A stretch of 61,647 nt of DNA, counting the filler, from Choristocarpus tenellus KU-1152 (lineage: Eukaryota; Protista; Phaeophyceae): the NCBI GenBank assembly GCA_964200185.2. It is 10 parts of 10 records of this genome, joined end to end, with 100 filler letters (N's around TTAATTAATTAA, not from the genome) between each part and the next. Parts side by side here need not be neighbours in the genome. Positions count along the whole stretch, not along the records: positions 9,109 to 13,192 come from CAXNAD020016301.1; positions 13,293 to 16,583 come from CAXNAD020020994.1; positions 16,684 to 22,353 come from CAXNAD020010069.1; positions 22,454 to 27,236 come from CAXNAD020013077.1; 6 more parts are not named here. One strand, 5' to 3'. The position numbers and the translations under genes were made by a program. Below, piece after piece: positions 11,334 through 25,800 of the stretch (the stretch's first letter is position 1; the number at the start of each line of letters is the position of its first letter). The notes under the pieces are model-generated. The model ran no database searches. It was not told the origin of the DNA and saw nothing but the letters and a program-made list of their open reading frames with translations.

Positions 11334-12850
11334 GTGGAGGAGTTGTGGAACTTGGCAGGCGACGGAAAGATGTGTGTTGGGAGTAACAACCTGATTGAAG
11401 ATGTGCTTGATGCAGTGGAAGATTCGAGGTTGAAGGGATGGGGGGGTGTGCCCTCAGTGCTGGTTAGAGTGTCACAGTACCTACGAGAATGTCAGGGGTT
11501 TGCCTGGAACCTTATCCACGAGGTGAGAGGATGGTGAAGAGGAGGTTTTTGTTCAGAGGGTGCAGGCAGGGTCTCTGAAGACAGTTGGAAGTGTTTACTG
11601 TAGTGGTGATGTGATGTGATGTGATGTGGTGTGGTGTTTATCAGTGATTCAGGTGTGATTGTCGCAGTGTTGTTTATAGATGGCATGTTACGGATACGGA
11701 CAGGGGTTGTTTTTGTAACTGTTGGTTTATTTCTTTTAAAAAAAAATGTTTCTTGCTTTGAACGTTTTATTCTATATGGTAGTGTATGTGTATGTATTTG
11801 CTCTAGGTATCAACGGTCTGTCTGGGAATGATAGGTGCATGGTTGGGAATGATAGGTGAGGTTGTGGTGTTTGGCTTTGTGCAGTAGATGTTTGTAGTAG
11901 GTGCCTGCCCTGGGGTGCGTGTCCAGTCTTTGTTGGAAAGGAGTACACAAGTGCAGGAGCAGGTTGAGGTCGACAATAGTGTGCTGTTTGATGGCAAGGG
12001 ATGTATCAATCTTTTTTTTCTTTTTATTTGATGTCAAACGTTCAACATAAAATTAGTGGTACTACCTTTTCTTTTTTTTCGGATAATATTGCCATCAATT
12101 TAGGTTTTTTTTGTACTGTTGATAAGGCGTTTGTTTCAGAACTTATTGAGTGAGAGAGCTTACAACAAGAACAATCCAAGAGATGATAGTGTTGGATCAT
12201 GTCCAGACGGAGGTAATTTCTGTCCTTGTGGAGTGTGTGTGATTGTGATTGACTGAACTTGAAATTGGAATGGTGACCATAGAGGTACGTCATGTGCTAC
12301 TCCACTGTGTGTGAGTGATTTAACAGGATCATCCATGGATCTTTTTTTTCTTTTTTTTTAAAGGTGAAGTTTCCTCGGTGGAGCTGTGGGAGGAGTGGTA
12401 CTGACATGGAGGGAAAGGTCTTGCTCAATGATTCGCAGCGCAAGTTCAATGCCTCCCTCAAGGTGCATTATCATGTCCTTAACCCTAACCCCAACCCTAA
12501 CCCTATCTTCTTTTTTGTTTCTTCTCTGTTTTGGTCGAACCAAGTTGTAGATTGCGAGTGCACAGCATCGTAGCCCTCATTTATTTATTTTTCCTTGATG
12601 CCTGCCCTGAGGGTGTGTCGGCGTAGCCCCAGGGCCGTTGCTAATGGTAGGAAGATGGTGAGATCTGATTTTCAAACCAAAAGCCGGTTAAGGAGACTTC
12701 AACTGGTCGTGTGTAGAAAAGTGTGCACTTTGTTCAAACATTTGAGAGGAGAATTGGACATGTCTTTGTTTATCCTTAGGGAGTTGTGTTTGTTGTATGG
12801 GTTTGATTGCCATTGAGTGTGTCACCAGGAGGGAATTACTACTGTTGCAG
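11334..12850 (+). pseudogene. Decayed multi-exon gene of unknown family (possibly TE-derived)
   Basis: G-rich exon-like blocks, several bounded by AG/GT (about 11334-11522, 11807-12000, 12118-12285, 12364-12462, 12600-12850), with in-frame TGA/TAG/TAA stops that fit C-to-T decay. Confidence 0.35.
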
Positions 12851-15800
12851 TGAGTTAGACACGACTATGTATTGAGCAGGTAGACTATAATTTCAGACTT
12901 TTTGTTCTTCTATGTGTGTATGTATAAACGCACATTGGGGAGCAACCCCTAAATATTTGTTGCACCTGATTGGCTTGCTGACTCGTTGGCTGGTTGGCTG
13001 ATTGGCTGATTGACTGGTGTGTTGATGCCTTGTGTTGTTGATGTACAGTATATGGATAACAAGTGTGAAAAGAAGGTATACTGTCTGTTGGGATTGTTGA
13101 TCGAAAACTACTGACCCAAAGTATCTGGGGGGGGGGGGGGGGGGGGCTAACAAAGTGGGAAGAGACCACGTGTGAACCCCAGTCCCCCCAAANNNNNNNN
13201 NNNNNNNNNNNNNNNNNNNNNNNNNNNNNNNNNNNNTTAATTAATTAANNNNNNNNNNNNNNNNNNNNNNNNNNNNNNNNNNNNNNNNNNNNGGGGCGTT
13301 CTAAACTTTAAGTAGAGTTTTGGGCCTCAATTGCACGCACAGATGTACAAATGGTTTATTCACATATGAACCCACCCACATAAGTCCTACACATGCAAAC
13401 CCACAATACACTAGGTGTATCTGCATCCAACACAGACACACAGACATTTACATCCAAAAGAAATGCATACACACCTTTCCATGTTCTAGCACAATGTCTT
13501 ACAGGTGCATGAAAGCTGGCAATTTACTCTCTCATCTATCACACAGACCAATAAAGCCCTGATCGGCCATTAAAATCCAAGAGACCTGGGCGTAACCACT
13601 TACACAACACTCAACTGCACCAGTAAAGTGTAGTCATACATCCCTACCCTAATGTGTGCAAATACACACTAATATGTATTTATGTACATATTAATTCCAT
13701 ACAATAAATCGTAACAAGAACATAAAACATAACAAGACGAGGCACAGAAGTACAGCACACTAATATCCCAAGCATACACACTAACCTTAACCCTAATGAT
13801 GTGGAGACCTCTCTCTAAATTTTACTCATATATGCTACTCGCCAACAAAAAATCTACACCCAGTGTAGTTGGGGCTACACCACACACATAGGGTTCGTAC
13901 AGAGTACTTTCCAACTGCACAAACCTCATAGACCAGAAAGGGCTTCCAATAACTTGGGAATGCACTTCTACCTCTTCTTGCCTCTCTAATATATTCGTGA
14001 GTGTTTTCCCCATGCACGAGCACAGTCTATGTTTGAATAGCAGGAGACCTAGCATGTACTGAATACTCTACAGTAACTTCCAGATATATATACAACTATA
14101 GGCTACGCATGCACCACTGATGACATACATACATCAATCTTTTCAGAATAACAGCAGTATGGTCACCTCAAGGGCACTACTCAGCTCTTGCAAGTCACTA
14201 CAGTTGTGAACCGAGAAAATTCATGTGTGTTAAATTTATCAGCTCAAAAAAATGGCATCAAACACATAGAACCAAATTGAGTGCCTAACAAGGTATGTCT
14301 AATGTGTGGCAAGGTGGCTGTGATGAAATGCTGAGCGCCACGAGATGTTTTAAAAGAAGGGTATTAAATAGAAGCATACAGCCTGGCAGGCCACCAACTT
14401 ATCCAGAAATTTCCCATTTACTGCCAACTTGGAAATTGGGACTCAGCGGAGTGGTAAAACACTATGCATTTACCCCAAAGCAGTTCAAGTGTTCTACATA
14501 AAAAACGTCCAACAATTTGATCTTAGTTATACAATGCCGCTGACCATAGTGAAACCCATTTAAAACACTGGCCAAAAGAAGAAACCACACAGCGTGCATA
14601 CACATGATAATATAAACAAAAATTAAAAGGCCTCAGTTATGATTTTTTGGAATAAACAAACCGAACCTATTCAATCATCGCCACACACCATACTACCAAT
14701 GACGGACTGAGGGTACCCAAGTAAGGTCTACACGAGATTTCTCATTAAATAGCAAGTGGCCTTGGTGACATCACCAATACTTTTCATAGTCTGTTCCATT
14801 TCTTGGTAAATTTTTTGTAAGCAATCAGTTACGATAAATACAGCAAGAATTGCTGAAGTCAACACAACACAATATATTCCACACCTATCCAGTTACTGCT
14901 GGAGGTAAGCAATGCTATATACATCAAACAAAATCGCTGTAAGGATACAAAAATTGCCAGACAAGACAGATGATCATCCAAGAAGTTTTCTGAGTTTTAC
15001 CTGAACTGGACCAGTCATAGTAGTACATTAATATTTTTACCTACTCCTCTGGGTCAAAACAAAAGGCTGGTAAGAGAATTGAGGCCAACGAGGGCTACTT
15101 GGGGCAGGACGGTCCTTTTGATAGTACAGACAGTATGCCTTTGAAATTGTCATCGAGAAACTATTTATCAACAACATGAACCACTGGTCTTCTACGTGTG
15201 ATAGGTCCTTAAGTTCCCTCTGTCACGATCCCTGCACCCACTGCACTGCCTATCTTTTCCTCACTCGCTTGCTGCTGTTAACAAGTAGGGGCTTGGAGAG
15301 GGTCAAACAGGGCCTCAGACAGATTCCCTCAACGCTTGCACCAGTAGTGAAACACAAGAATTCCAGGTAACTGCACACATCACCATGCAAAGCTACACAA
15401 GGTGGTGAGATTCTTGGAATCTTTTACAATCTCTCTTGAAGCAGACCCAAATTTAGAATCTTGTAATCAGGATTCCATTGCATGGCACCCTCATCCACAG
15501 GGATTTTCAAGTGCATTTACAGAGTTGTGGTTATCTTGGTGTTGCTACTGAACAACACTACGACTCAAGTTTTCCCTTGGCCAAGACTCCCATTTTACAG
15601 CCAAGGAGGTCTGTTTTGATGACCCTTCTATCTGCAATTGTCAAAAAATTTTCTCTATTTTATCTCATCTTCATCTGCAACTGTCCAATTCTTTCTCTAA
15701 TTTGTCCCAGTTCTACAGATGATTCGAAGGTCTCTCATTGGGGTACTCAATGGTAAATAGGAACCGGGAATTTAGACCTTTCTTCAATCTCTTGGCGACA

Positions 15801-18476
15801 TGTGTAGGGGGAGGGAAGTAGGTAGTCTACTATTGTGTCACTTGCAACATTTTTCTCTAAGTACCATGCGGTGTGCTCCTTCTGGAATACGGGGAACCCT
15901 GTGCTTAAATGCAAGATTGGGAGGGGGGAGGGGGAATGGGTCCCCAGGTCCAGATTCCAAATTCCTGGTAAAAAAACAATTGGCACCTCTATTTGCTCCT
16001 TGTTTTGCAATGCAGTGGATGCTGGCAACACAGTTTTAATTTTTGTTTCCATAGAATTGAAACAAAGGCTAAAGGGAAAATGGGAAACATAACTATGTAT
16101 ATACCTATGAAGGCCAAAAAATGCCGGGTAGATCTTCAAAGTACAATATCTGACTGGAACTGCTGACAACTTACATCTGTCTATGGAACACTTGTCTTTG
16201 GGCATAGGCACTGCGTCTATATAAGTCACCAATCAGAACACAATATATGTAAGGGAGATGACAGATTTGTACACTTGATATCTGATGGTGGCAGTCTAAG
16301 GCATGGCTACTACAGGGAGTACAAATACTCCCTCTGTCCTGTAAGTCTGGTTCATTTAGTTGTAGCTCTTCAAGGTGATCTCCGATTGCAAAATGGACCT
16401 TTACATTGGATTCCTTGGAACATTTTACATTCAAAACTTTGTCTCACCTTTATTCGACACCGTCAACCCACCAATACAGAGCCGCTGTGGAGGTCACTCG
16501 GTCTACTTTGACTGATTTAGCCAACCTGCCCTCCCACTGCCTTTTTTTGGTTCCGGTGTGCTCTACCTCAAAATCGCCCCCCCNNNNNNNNNNNNNNNNN
16601 NNNNNNNNNNNNNNNNNNNNNNNNNNNTTAATTAATTAANNNNNNNNNNNNNNNNNNNNNNNNNNNNNNNNNNNNNNNNNNNNGTTGGGCGTGCGCGTGC
16701 TTGGAACTCTGGGCCTTCCCCCCCCCACACAGAAAAAACCACACGTCGGGCGGCCCCCCCCCCCCCCCCCCCACCCCCCTCCAGATATTTTGGGTCTGTG
16801 GGGCCCCTATGTTTGGGTGTATATTGAAGCGCTTCGTGTAGGGGGTAGTGCCTTCTGTAGTTCACCTTTGCAGGTCTTGGCATCAATTGGACAGGGAATA
16901 GTGAAAATGTATGTTTGGATAAGTCGGTGGAAAATGATCAAATAACATTCACACTATTCCTCCCCCCAAAAATGGGGAACAATTTTGATCGATTTATGTA
17001 AGAACCTTTAATGAAGTGTACAATTCACTCACCGATTGGAGGACGTACTGACTCCACTCCAGTTCCTGTGTACTATACGAAATTATCTACTATAAAACTA
17101 TTGATAGTATGTCTTTACCCATGGACTGCAAAAATCAAATTCTGAGAGTCATCCTGATCGCCTTTCAAACTGCAGGACATGCGGAGAAGGCAAAGTAAAA
17201 ATACTTTGGTTGGAAGTTAGAACCCTTGCTCCACTACAGTGTACATTTCTGTGCTTGTTTTTTTCTCCTGCTAAATAAATAAATAAATTAAATACGTCAA
17301 AAGTGGTGTAATGTTTTGGTTTGTAGTGTGCAGAGATATTGAGCACTTGACCTGTTGTGTAATACAGAAGTTTGTATTTGGTGTGAGCGTCTCATTCTCA
17401 CAACCGCTTATATTGCTCATGGCCACTGAGATTCGAAGATTGCGCTCAAACCGTGCTATCCATATCCTCATTACCAGCTCTACTCAGTTCAAGATAACCA
17501 CTACCGACATAAACCACAGCCCACTTCAAGCAGCCAGGAGCTACAGTCATACACCTGGCAGACATAACATGATGCAAAACCCAAACCACCACACTTAATG
17601 ACCTAGCCCTCTCATGATGTTCCTAGCAAAATTGCCTCAGGCACTGCGCCAACTAGATTGCCCCTGAAAAAACTCCACACTACTACCAATTTACTACAAG
17701 TACCCACCCCCTTGACTTCCACCTTACGGTTATTCTTTCAAAACCATCAGCACACTTCTCTACCAACGAATGAATAGTGCTTGTGCTGCTTCCACAACAG
17801 CCCATGCACATGGTGCCAAACTCTGCTTTTGCCGCATTCACCCAGACTGCTGTCAATGCATACTATCTATACTTCAAACACTTTTGTAAGTGCCACCTTC
17901 CTGTCCTAGGCACAAACCATACATCAACATTACCGTTTCATTCATCCAACACATTTCCTAGGTTTCTTATTTCTTCTTGATCCTCGTGGCAACATACACC
18001 AGAATAAACAGATAGGAAAAAACCAGAGTTAAACCCACATTGAAAGATCCCTAACCCTACACAGGTGACAGTGCACACAATAAAGCCATGGTAAAATTGG
18101 TTCCCTGAATAGGCAGCATCTGACGAAATCACTTCTCAATACTGCAATCGTTAAAATCGATGGTTACACCATCAAATGGTTGTACTCATGCAAGGTGTGC
18201 CAAACTTGAGCAATGAACCTCAGATCGTCAGTAAAGGGTCACGTCGACTTTCTGTATCATTCTGAAAACTTCATAAAAACGATAAATCTTGCCCACTCAG
18301 TGAATTACAAACTTGGCAGCAAAGCCACCGACAAGGTGTAGTCAAATCTCAATGCAGTTGCGTATCTTTAAAAGTGAGTGCACCTTCCCTGCAACCATCT
18401 TTGACAAACGCCGCTCCATCATTCAACAACCTGTTCCTCACAAAGACAAGGTACAAGCACTCATGCAAATAACTAC

Positions 18477-21400
18477 TCATTGCTGGGGAGGATTTGCCTT
18501 GAATAAAAACTCTCCAGGAGAAGCAGCAACATCTGCAACAGGATCAAGGTCAAAGCCTGCACCATTCAGGGGAGCAGCAGGGATTAGACCATTTGAAGAT
18601 GGGCCGCCAAAAGCACCATCACCTTGGGCAGCTGGTATGCTAACAGGATCAGCAAATTGGAACCCTCCACTGGGTTGTTCCCCAAGCTTGAATCCTCTTT
18701 CACTGGTGATTGGTGCAGGGGCCCCAAAGCTGAAACCGCTCGATGAGATGAAGCCTGGTGCAAGTGAGTGAGGAACACTCTTCTCAGCTGCAACCCCAGA
18801 AGTGGAACCTGACTTGGGTGTTTCACATGACAGGCATTTTGAAGTCTCTAGTCCGTTCTTGACAAGGCACGCCTGGCATTTCCATTCCCCGGGCTTACGG
18901 AACTTGGACATATCGAAACCCATAGGGACTGCAGAACCCCCTGCAGGAGCAGGAGCTGGGGCAGGGGCAGGGGCAGCAGCAGGAGTACAGGTTCGCACAC
19001 CAAATCTGGGTCCTCCTTCACCCTCACTGCTGTTGGGGCCACCAAAGCTGAATCCAGCCGAGGAAATAAAGCCTGAAGAAGGGAAACTGTTGGAAGGGAA
19101 ACTGTTGGTACCACTGCCACCACCACCAGATTCTTCTGCTCCAGGCTTAGATGCTTCACATGACAAGCACTTATCGTTCTCTGGTCCATTCTTGACGTAA
19201 CATGCCTGACACTTCCATTCCCCAGGCTTGCGGAACTTGGACATATCAAAGCCAAGGGGCGATCCTCCCGAACCAGCGGCAGGACTAGTATTGTGGGATG
19301 CATTAAACCCTAACCCTGACCCTGAGGAACCTCCCTGGCAAATCAAGGCGGATTGTGCACCAAATGAAGACCCACCAGACTTTGCGGATTCATTTGAAGC
19401 TGTAGGTGCGCCTGGCTTGACTGTTTCAGACGACAAGCACTTACCATTTTCTGCTCCATTCTTGACATAGCTTGCCTGGCACTTCCACTCTCCAGGTTTT
19501 CGGAACTTGGACATGTCAAAGCCTTTACCCTCTGGAACACCAACAGGAATGGAAGCAGACCCCGGGGTTGGCAATGAAACAGAAGCGGGAGGCTTAGCTG
19601 TTGCCTTACCACCATTTTTCGGCTCTTGAACACCCTCTGCTGCTGCGAACAACAGACTTGCGACACTGTTGGTCTTCCGCCGCTTGGATGTTGGGTCAAA
19701 GGCAAACACCTCTTCCGTGTCAACTCCCTCCTCAATATCCATACTATAGCTCGGCAACACACTTGGGGGTGCAAACTGGATTGTATCCTTTCCATCACCA
19801 TTGTTGCTCTTGTCACTGCCACTGCTAGCACTGATGCTACTGGCAGCAGCTTTCCGCTTGGATGCTCTTGCTCGAGGGCTTGTAGAAGGGACTTGAGTAC
19901 TTGAACCTTCCATAGTCACAAAGCCCTTATGGGATATAGCTAAAGGTGACACCGGAGATCGAGTCCGCGCCTGAAGATGTGAAAAGCCAAACGCTGTCTC
20001 CTTGTCGACATCCTTTGAAGATTCGGTTGAAGATTCGGTTGAAGATTCGGTTGTTGCCCCCAATGCCAGAGACTGAAAGGAAAGAAAGGGGGGAAGGAGG
20101 TTGAGGAATTGCTTGAACTTTTTGTTGGGGATGATGTTGGGGATGATGTTTCCATTAATATTTCTTAATTTTTCAGGGACGAAATGTACTTGTTGCATGG
20201 AGAAAAAAGAGTGGCCAATGGCAGCAGAGGAATACTACAATTGAATGGGGGGCGGCGGCTGTGAAAGTTTGCTAAACAAAGATTGGGTGCCAGTGCATGT
20301 ACCACAACACATGGTGGTCAGCAGGGTGTGAGAGCAAGTTGTACAAATAATATTATCATTGCCATGCCAATTGGTCAAAAAAGGACAGGCTCAACAATAC
20401 ATGGGACAATACAAAGCATCAAACGTCCAAAAAATAAGCAGAACGCTATTGTCTCTGAAGACCTTCTTGGCCTTCTTGACCCTCTCCACCTCTCTAATCA
20501 TGCAAGGCTGAGATTGCAGTGTGATAGGTGGACGCGGATCCTGGCATAAACGGCTCGGGGGGGCTCTTACCAGTTCAAAGAACAGGGTAAAATGTTGGTG
20601 AGAACCACATAGGGTTAGGGTTCCCTCTTTGTAAGAACGGAAATGACTATTGTCTGTATCGTGACAAGAAAGTTCTTGCCTCTAACTAACCCTAACCCCA
20701 CTTCCCAATCCATCTCATGATGTGAAAAATCCGTATCCATGATATATATACAAAAACAGGCAAAGTGTGGAACATGGAGTGAAAGTATCTTAGAGGTTAC
20801 GAGTTTGGCCCTTTTTGTTCATTTGGGATTTGACTTCCCTTGGAGTTTCATGATATTTTCCTACTCCAAAATATTTCGGAGTAGGTAAAATGTACTAGTT
20901 ATGAAAAGGTGTGTCCGGAGTAAGGATACTGAAACTTGCTAACAAACATGATAGACAAAATTACATTAAAATCACAACATTGGATTTTGGCCCCCCAAAT
21001 TGACTCGACTCTACCCTCTAAGATACTTTGGCTCATGAACAACGGGCATATTTCTCCCCCCCCCCGCCCCCCTAAAAGTAGAGAGATTCGTTTTCTCCTC
21101 ACCATATTGAAATATCTATTTCACTGTCCCACTTCTTGTATGCAATCAAGCATCTGCAATGCACTACGCTCAACATCAGTACTCTACACCACCACAACAG
21201 AAAAATAGTGAGCAATATTATTCCTGTAAATCACCCTAACCCTAACCCTAACCCAAATGAAACATCTGTCATGTGTAAAGAGTGTTCTATTAAAAAAAGG
21301 TATTGCACTAAGAGGGAACGTTTGACATAAACACACCAAGGACAAACCATCTGTTTCTACTTCCCAACCCTAACCCTAATCCTAACCAATCTTAGATTTG

Positions 21401-22353
21401 AGAGAGCAAACAAAGGAAAGGCATCATTTACAACAGATCTTGCTCATCAACAATCCGTCCAAATCCAGCAACACCACGTTTTCATCCCAAACACCAAACA
21501 CCCCTCCACACCCTCAACCCCATCACAAAGGAGTCATGTTCTTACCTTGGGATCTTCAAAGACAAACTGTCCACCTGGTGAGCGGCCTGGGGAAGGCCCC
21601 TGTTCATGGGATCGATTACCAATAGGGACAGGACTAGGGTTAGTGGTTTGCTGTGGAGTAAAAAACAAAAAAAGGAGTTAGGGTTAGGGATAGGACAGCA
21701 GAAGCAAAGGAGAGTCCACCGCTTTTGAGACTCTGATGAGAACCATGATGTGAACCCTAACCCTAACCAAGTACACCGAGAAGCATCTCCACAGTATGAC
21801 AGAAGAGGACATAAGAGCTTGGAGATATAATATGACCAAGCGAAAGAGTGAAGAAGAAATTTCCCAGTTGAAAAATAAGAAAAAAAAACAGCATGCAGAA
21901 AATTCCGGTGCAGGTCCAGAATCTCGTGTAGAAATTTCTTCTGTAAAAAAAAAGGAACGCTCCCCTCCCCCGCATCGTACCTCCTGCAAGCACCCCCCTG
22001 AGGCTGCCCTCGGCATCCTCGTCTCTCCCATACTGCTCCTCTGCACCTCATCTGCAATGACAGCTGCTACTGAAGCTCTAGCCCTTTTGTAGTCCTCCGC
22101 CTCATGTGCCGTTTGCCCCTCTGGTCGGCCTGCATTCTTACCCAGCACAAAGCCCCCATCACTTCTGGCACCACCTTTACTGTTACCATCAACTCTACCA
22201 TCGCCTCCCAAGTTCTTGAAACCAATCAGGCTGCTCGAACCTGCTGGACTCCTAAGTGACCCTGCAGACGTGTCCCCAGGTTTGCCTTCCACTAAACTCT
22301 TGGACGTGTTGGCAATGCCACCACTGCCATCCCTTGTACTCATCAAGCTTACG
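18477..22353 (-). CDS. RanBP2-type zinc-finger / FG-repeat nucleoporin (Nup153-like), 5' partial
   Basis: Phase-0 compatible exons 22353-21981, 21650-21546, 20540-20463 and 20072-18477 (stop). Three GFDMSKFRKPGEWKCQA...N...KCLS repeats match the RanBP2 finger W-x-C-x2-C-x3-N-x6-C-x2-C; FSFG/SFG motifs in Ser/Gly/Pro-rich spacers. Confidence 0.85.
20777..21034. mobile_element. MITE family A, full-length, in nucleoporin intron
   Basis: GAGTGAAAGTATCTTAGAGG ... CCCTCTAAGATACTTTGGCTC; 3-bp TSD ATG. Confidence 0.9.
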
Positions 22354-22454
22354 NNNNNNNNNNNNNNNNNNNNNNNNNNNNNNNNNNNNNNNNNNNNTTA
22401 ATTAATTAANNNNNNNNNNNNNNNNNNNNNNNNNNNNNNNNNNNNNNNNNNNNA

Positions 22455-22720
22455 TTGTTGTACTAATATAATACACTATTATTGTACCAATATATACTAT
22501 TGCTATACATACATATACTATTATTGTGCAAGTATGTATGTTCATTATACAAATATATACTATTATTGTACAAATGTATACTACTGTTATACAAATATGT
22601 ACTACCATTATACAAATATACACAAATGCATACTACTATTATACAAACACACACTACTATCATACAAATATATACTACCATAGATATATATACTGCAATT
22701 CAAAACATATACTACTATTC
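22455..22720. repeat. Degenerate 21-bp AT-rich minisatellite
   Basis: Approximate unit TATATACTATTATTGTACAAA. Confidence 0.75.
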
Positions 22721-22844
22721 AAACATCCGCGTTCTCAGTAGATTTATTTGTCAGTCCGCATTCCATAGATGTTACAGGGGTGTTCTTCGAGTGTTCCTTC
22801 GCAATAACTCCCCACTTGTCCACACAACCAACACTTTAATTTAG

Positions 22845-25800
22845 GAGGTATTAATGGATTTCTGCAAAGAGGCGATACGGGTGTATCCTGACGACCCTTC
22901 CAAGCGGGTAAGCAAGGATTACTTCGTACGACTGCTCAATGAGGAAAGGCCCAACATCCAGGTGAGGGTAGGAGGCGAGTTTATGAAATGCGACATATGT
23001 GTCTCGCTAAAAGAGAAGCGACACGGTGCGCCTGGTGTAAAACCCACCAACGACTCCACTGTCATCGAGTCCATCGATATGGAGCTGTCAGACCATCGAG
23101 AGGTAGGTGTCCAGCGTTAAACTTGCATCAACCATACAGTAGCGAAAGGTCGTCGTCATTACCCTCCTAACCCTGGGTGAATCTGTGTCCTTTCGCAAAT
23201 GAAGACTCTCACGTAGGTGTTTATGACAACAACAGTAGCCTCGCTCTCCACAAAACTTGCTGTTATTAGCTGCCCAAACACCTTGTAAGACAGACCGCTT
23301 CCTCATAGTGTGCTGCGTGAAGTGGGAGGGACAGGTCATGTAGCGATCTTCCGGCCCGGTATGTATGTACTTCCTACCATCCCGATAACTTGGTTATTGT
23401 TTTGAACTCAGCAATAAAAAACATATCCCAATATCATCATCTGTTGATACCCAGACTACTTCTTTGCTACTAACCAGCCTGGTACATGTTAAATGGCGAC
23501 ATTTTTATTTCTTAATCCGAGCAAGTTTTTTTGAATAATTAACGTGATGTTGCTGTCCCCCATTCGCCAGATTATCAAAGTGGATCGACTGGTCATCACC
23601 AACAGCACCAGCAACGCCATGCGGGCCAAAGCCGACGGCAAACCTCTCGATTTCGTGTTCATGTCCATAGACGCCGCGAACCAGACAGCACACGCCCTCC
23701 CAGCACTTTACCCACCTACCAACGGCAGTGACAGGTAACCGCACGCACACAAAGTCCATCCGATAAGAATTTTGCTGAGTATTGCTGAACAGAACAGACG
23801 AAGTTGTTTTGTCCTACGGATGAGTGCAAAGTCCCAAGAAATAATCGCCAAAAGAAGTGCACATAATTCCACTACCTATTCAGTTCGTCATGATGACCTT
23901 TCTTTACATGTTTCTTTCGTTCGTGTCCCCCTTATCAGGGGCTACTCCGAGCGCCAGAAGATCATGGCCGCACACGTCGAAGGCCAGTTCGCGGAGGTGT
24001 TCTTCACTCCTATCAACCTTGGGAGGAGGTACGTACTGTAGAGTAGTGTAGTAAGAGCTAATCAGCGGGTAGTGGAGATCGCAGACATGCACATCAACCG
24101 TATGGGTGTATGTCCTCTACATTGCATAAACGAACTACACTACCCCTCTTTTTAGCTCCAAATATGCAATGCCTAGATGATGAGCAGAGTACTTTTTTAC
24201 CAGCAGTTGTTGAACATCATCGTTCGCGCAGGTTGCAACCTTGTCTGCACAGCCACACACCTTGCCCTCACAAGGCTTATCGACAAGTACCGCAACAGCC
24301 TCGATGACTCGGGGAGTCACATCATCCAGCACGCGCGTTGGCAGGTAAGAAGGTTTCATCTTGACACGACCCACTCAACACATACTGGCTGAATACCAGT
24401 CACCAAGTAACTAACTGCACGGTCTTTAGTTTTGGTTTGTGGGTTGCAACCTGCATATGTTATGGCGGTGACGTAGAGCATGCGCTCTAGCAATATTTTT
24501 TCCTACCCTGTTCCTCCACGAAACGCGGCGAATTGGGCTGACATATTGGCCTCACGCCCATCCCTCCCTCGCTCCCGATTCCCCAAACTGACCAGGTCGA
24601 CAACTGCGTCTCAGAGAACAATAACAATTTCTTTCTCGGATACGCAGGGCTGTTGGTTGCGGCGAGTGTCATTCGTGTTGTCGAGATACATTTTATGATG
24701 GTGGGGTACACGCACATCAAAATCGATCAGATCTTCTCCAGGTAATTAGGCAAATATATATATATGCAAGTTCGATAGCCACATAGTGTTTTTACACGGA
24801 CAGATACTGCCTTGAGACTTGCAGCTCACACTTGTTGCACCAATTGAAGGTATATGGTTGCACGCTGTAATTGATACATTGGCTTTTGGTTTCCCCACAT
24901 CGAAATTTACCTACAACTAACCCTAACCCTAGACTATTTCGTAACATACTCCCCCAAAAAAACAATGAATAAAAATGTACACCTCACCCATTTTTATATC
25001 TATACTTCCATATACATGATTCATCATCAGAGCATGTGCCTGTTTATATATCTTGCTTCTCCACTTCGCTTCTTTCGCCCCCGCCTCGAAATTGACTTGC
25101 TTGCATGCATTTCACCTTCAGGTTCTCACGTGGGAGAAAAGGGAAAACATATTCACCAGAACACAGCTGGGTGAAGAGCTGCAGGCCTCTTACACAGAGG
25201 TTCCGGTATACAACAAGACCCTGCGGAACAAGGGCAATTTCAAGGGACTCCTTCGTGGCTGCGTCAACCGTGTCCCGAACATCACGAGCTACAGGGCTTT
25301 CCGTGTTGAAAAAGGCGGTGATGGGCGGGTGAAGGTTAGCGTTAAGCGATACATGCATAATACGGAATGGAGTGGGATAGGCGGAGACCTTGCTATGGAC
25401 CCCAACGCCCCTCCGCACGACCTCTTCATCGGCCACCTGCCTTGTATCCGAGATGCACCACCCTATCAGCTCAAGAGCGTTCCCAAAGACGTCATCATAA
25501 AGGTGGAGCAGCGGTACCGAGCGTCGCACGAGCACCTCCCCGCTGCGTACCCACTGGGTAAGTCGATTTTCTCGTGAGGGGAGTTGATAGCTAATTTTGG
25601 TATTCGGTGGCAGCCAAAACAATCAAGTGCTAGTTTTGTACGAGGCAGCATTTGTAGCCTGTAGAAAAAAAAAAGGTTGAAAAATATTGCATTATCATGT
25701 GTATTGATCGTCGCATTTTACAATTTATATTACCATAGATTACTCCCCATGAATGTTTTGAGGGTACCGGTCTTATACTCAACAGAGACGATTCCGACGA

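Noticed and set aside
14240-14600. GRPPTYPEI motif suggesting a pogo/CENP-B helix-turn-helix
   Set aside because: Single short motif, with no DDE domain or TIRs found nearby.
18802-19904. Plus-strand and alternate-frame ORFs overlapping the nucleoporin exon
   Set aside because: Shadows of the long minus-strand exon.
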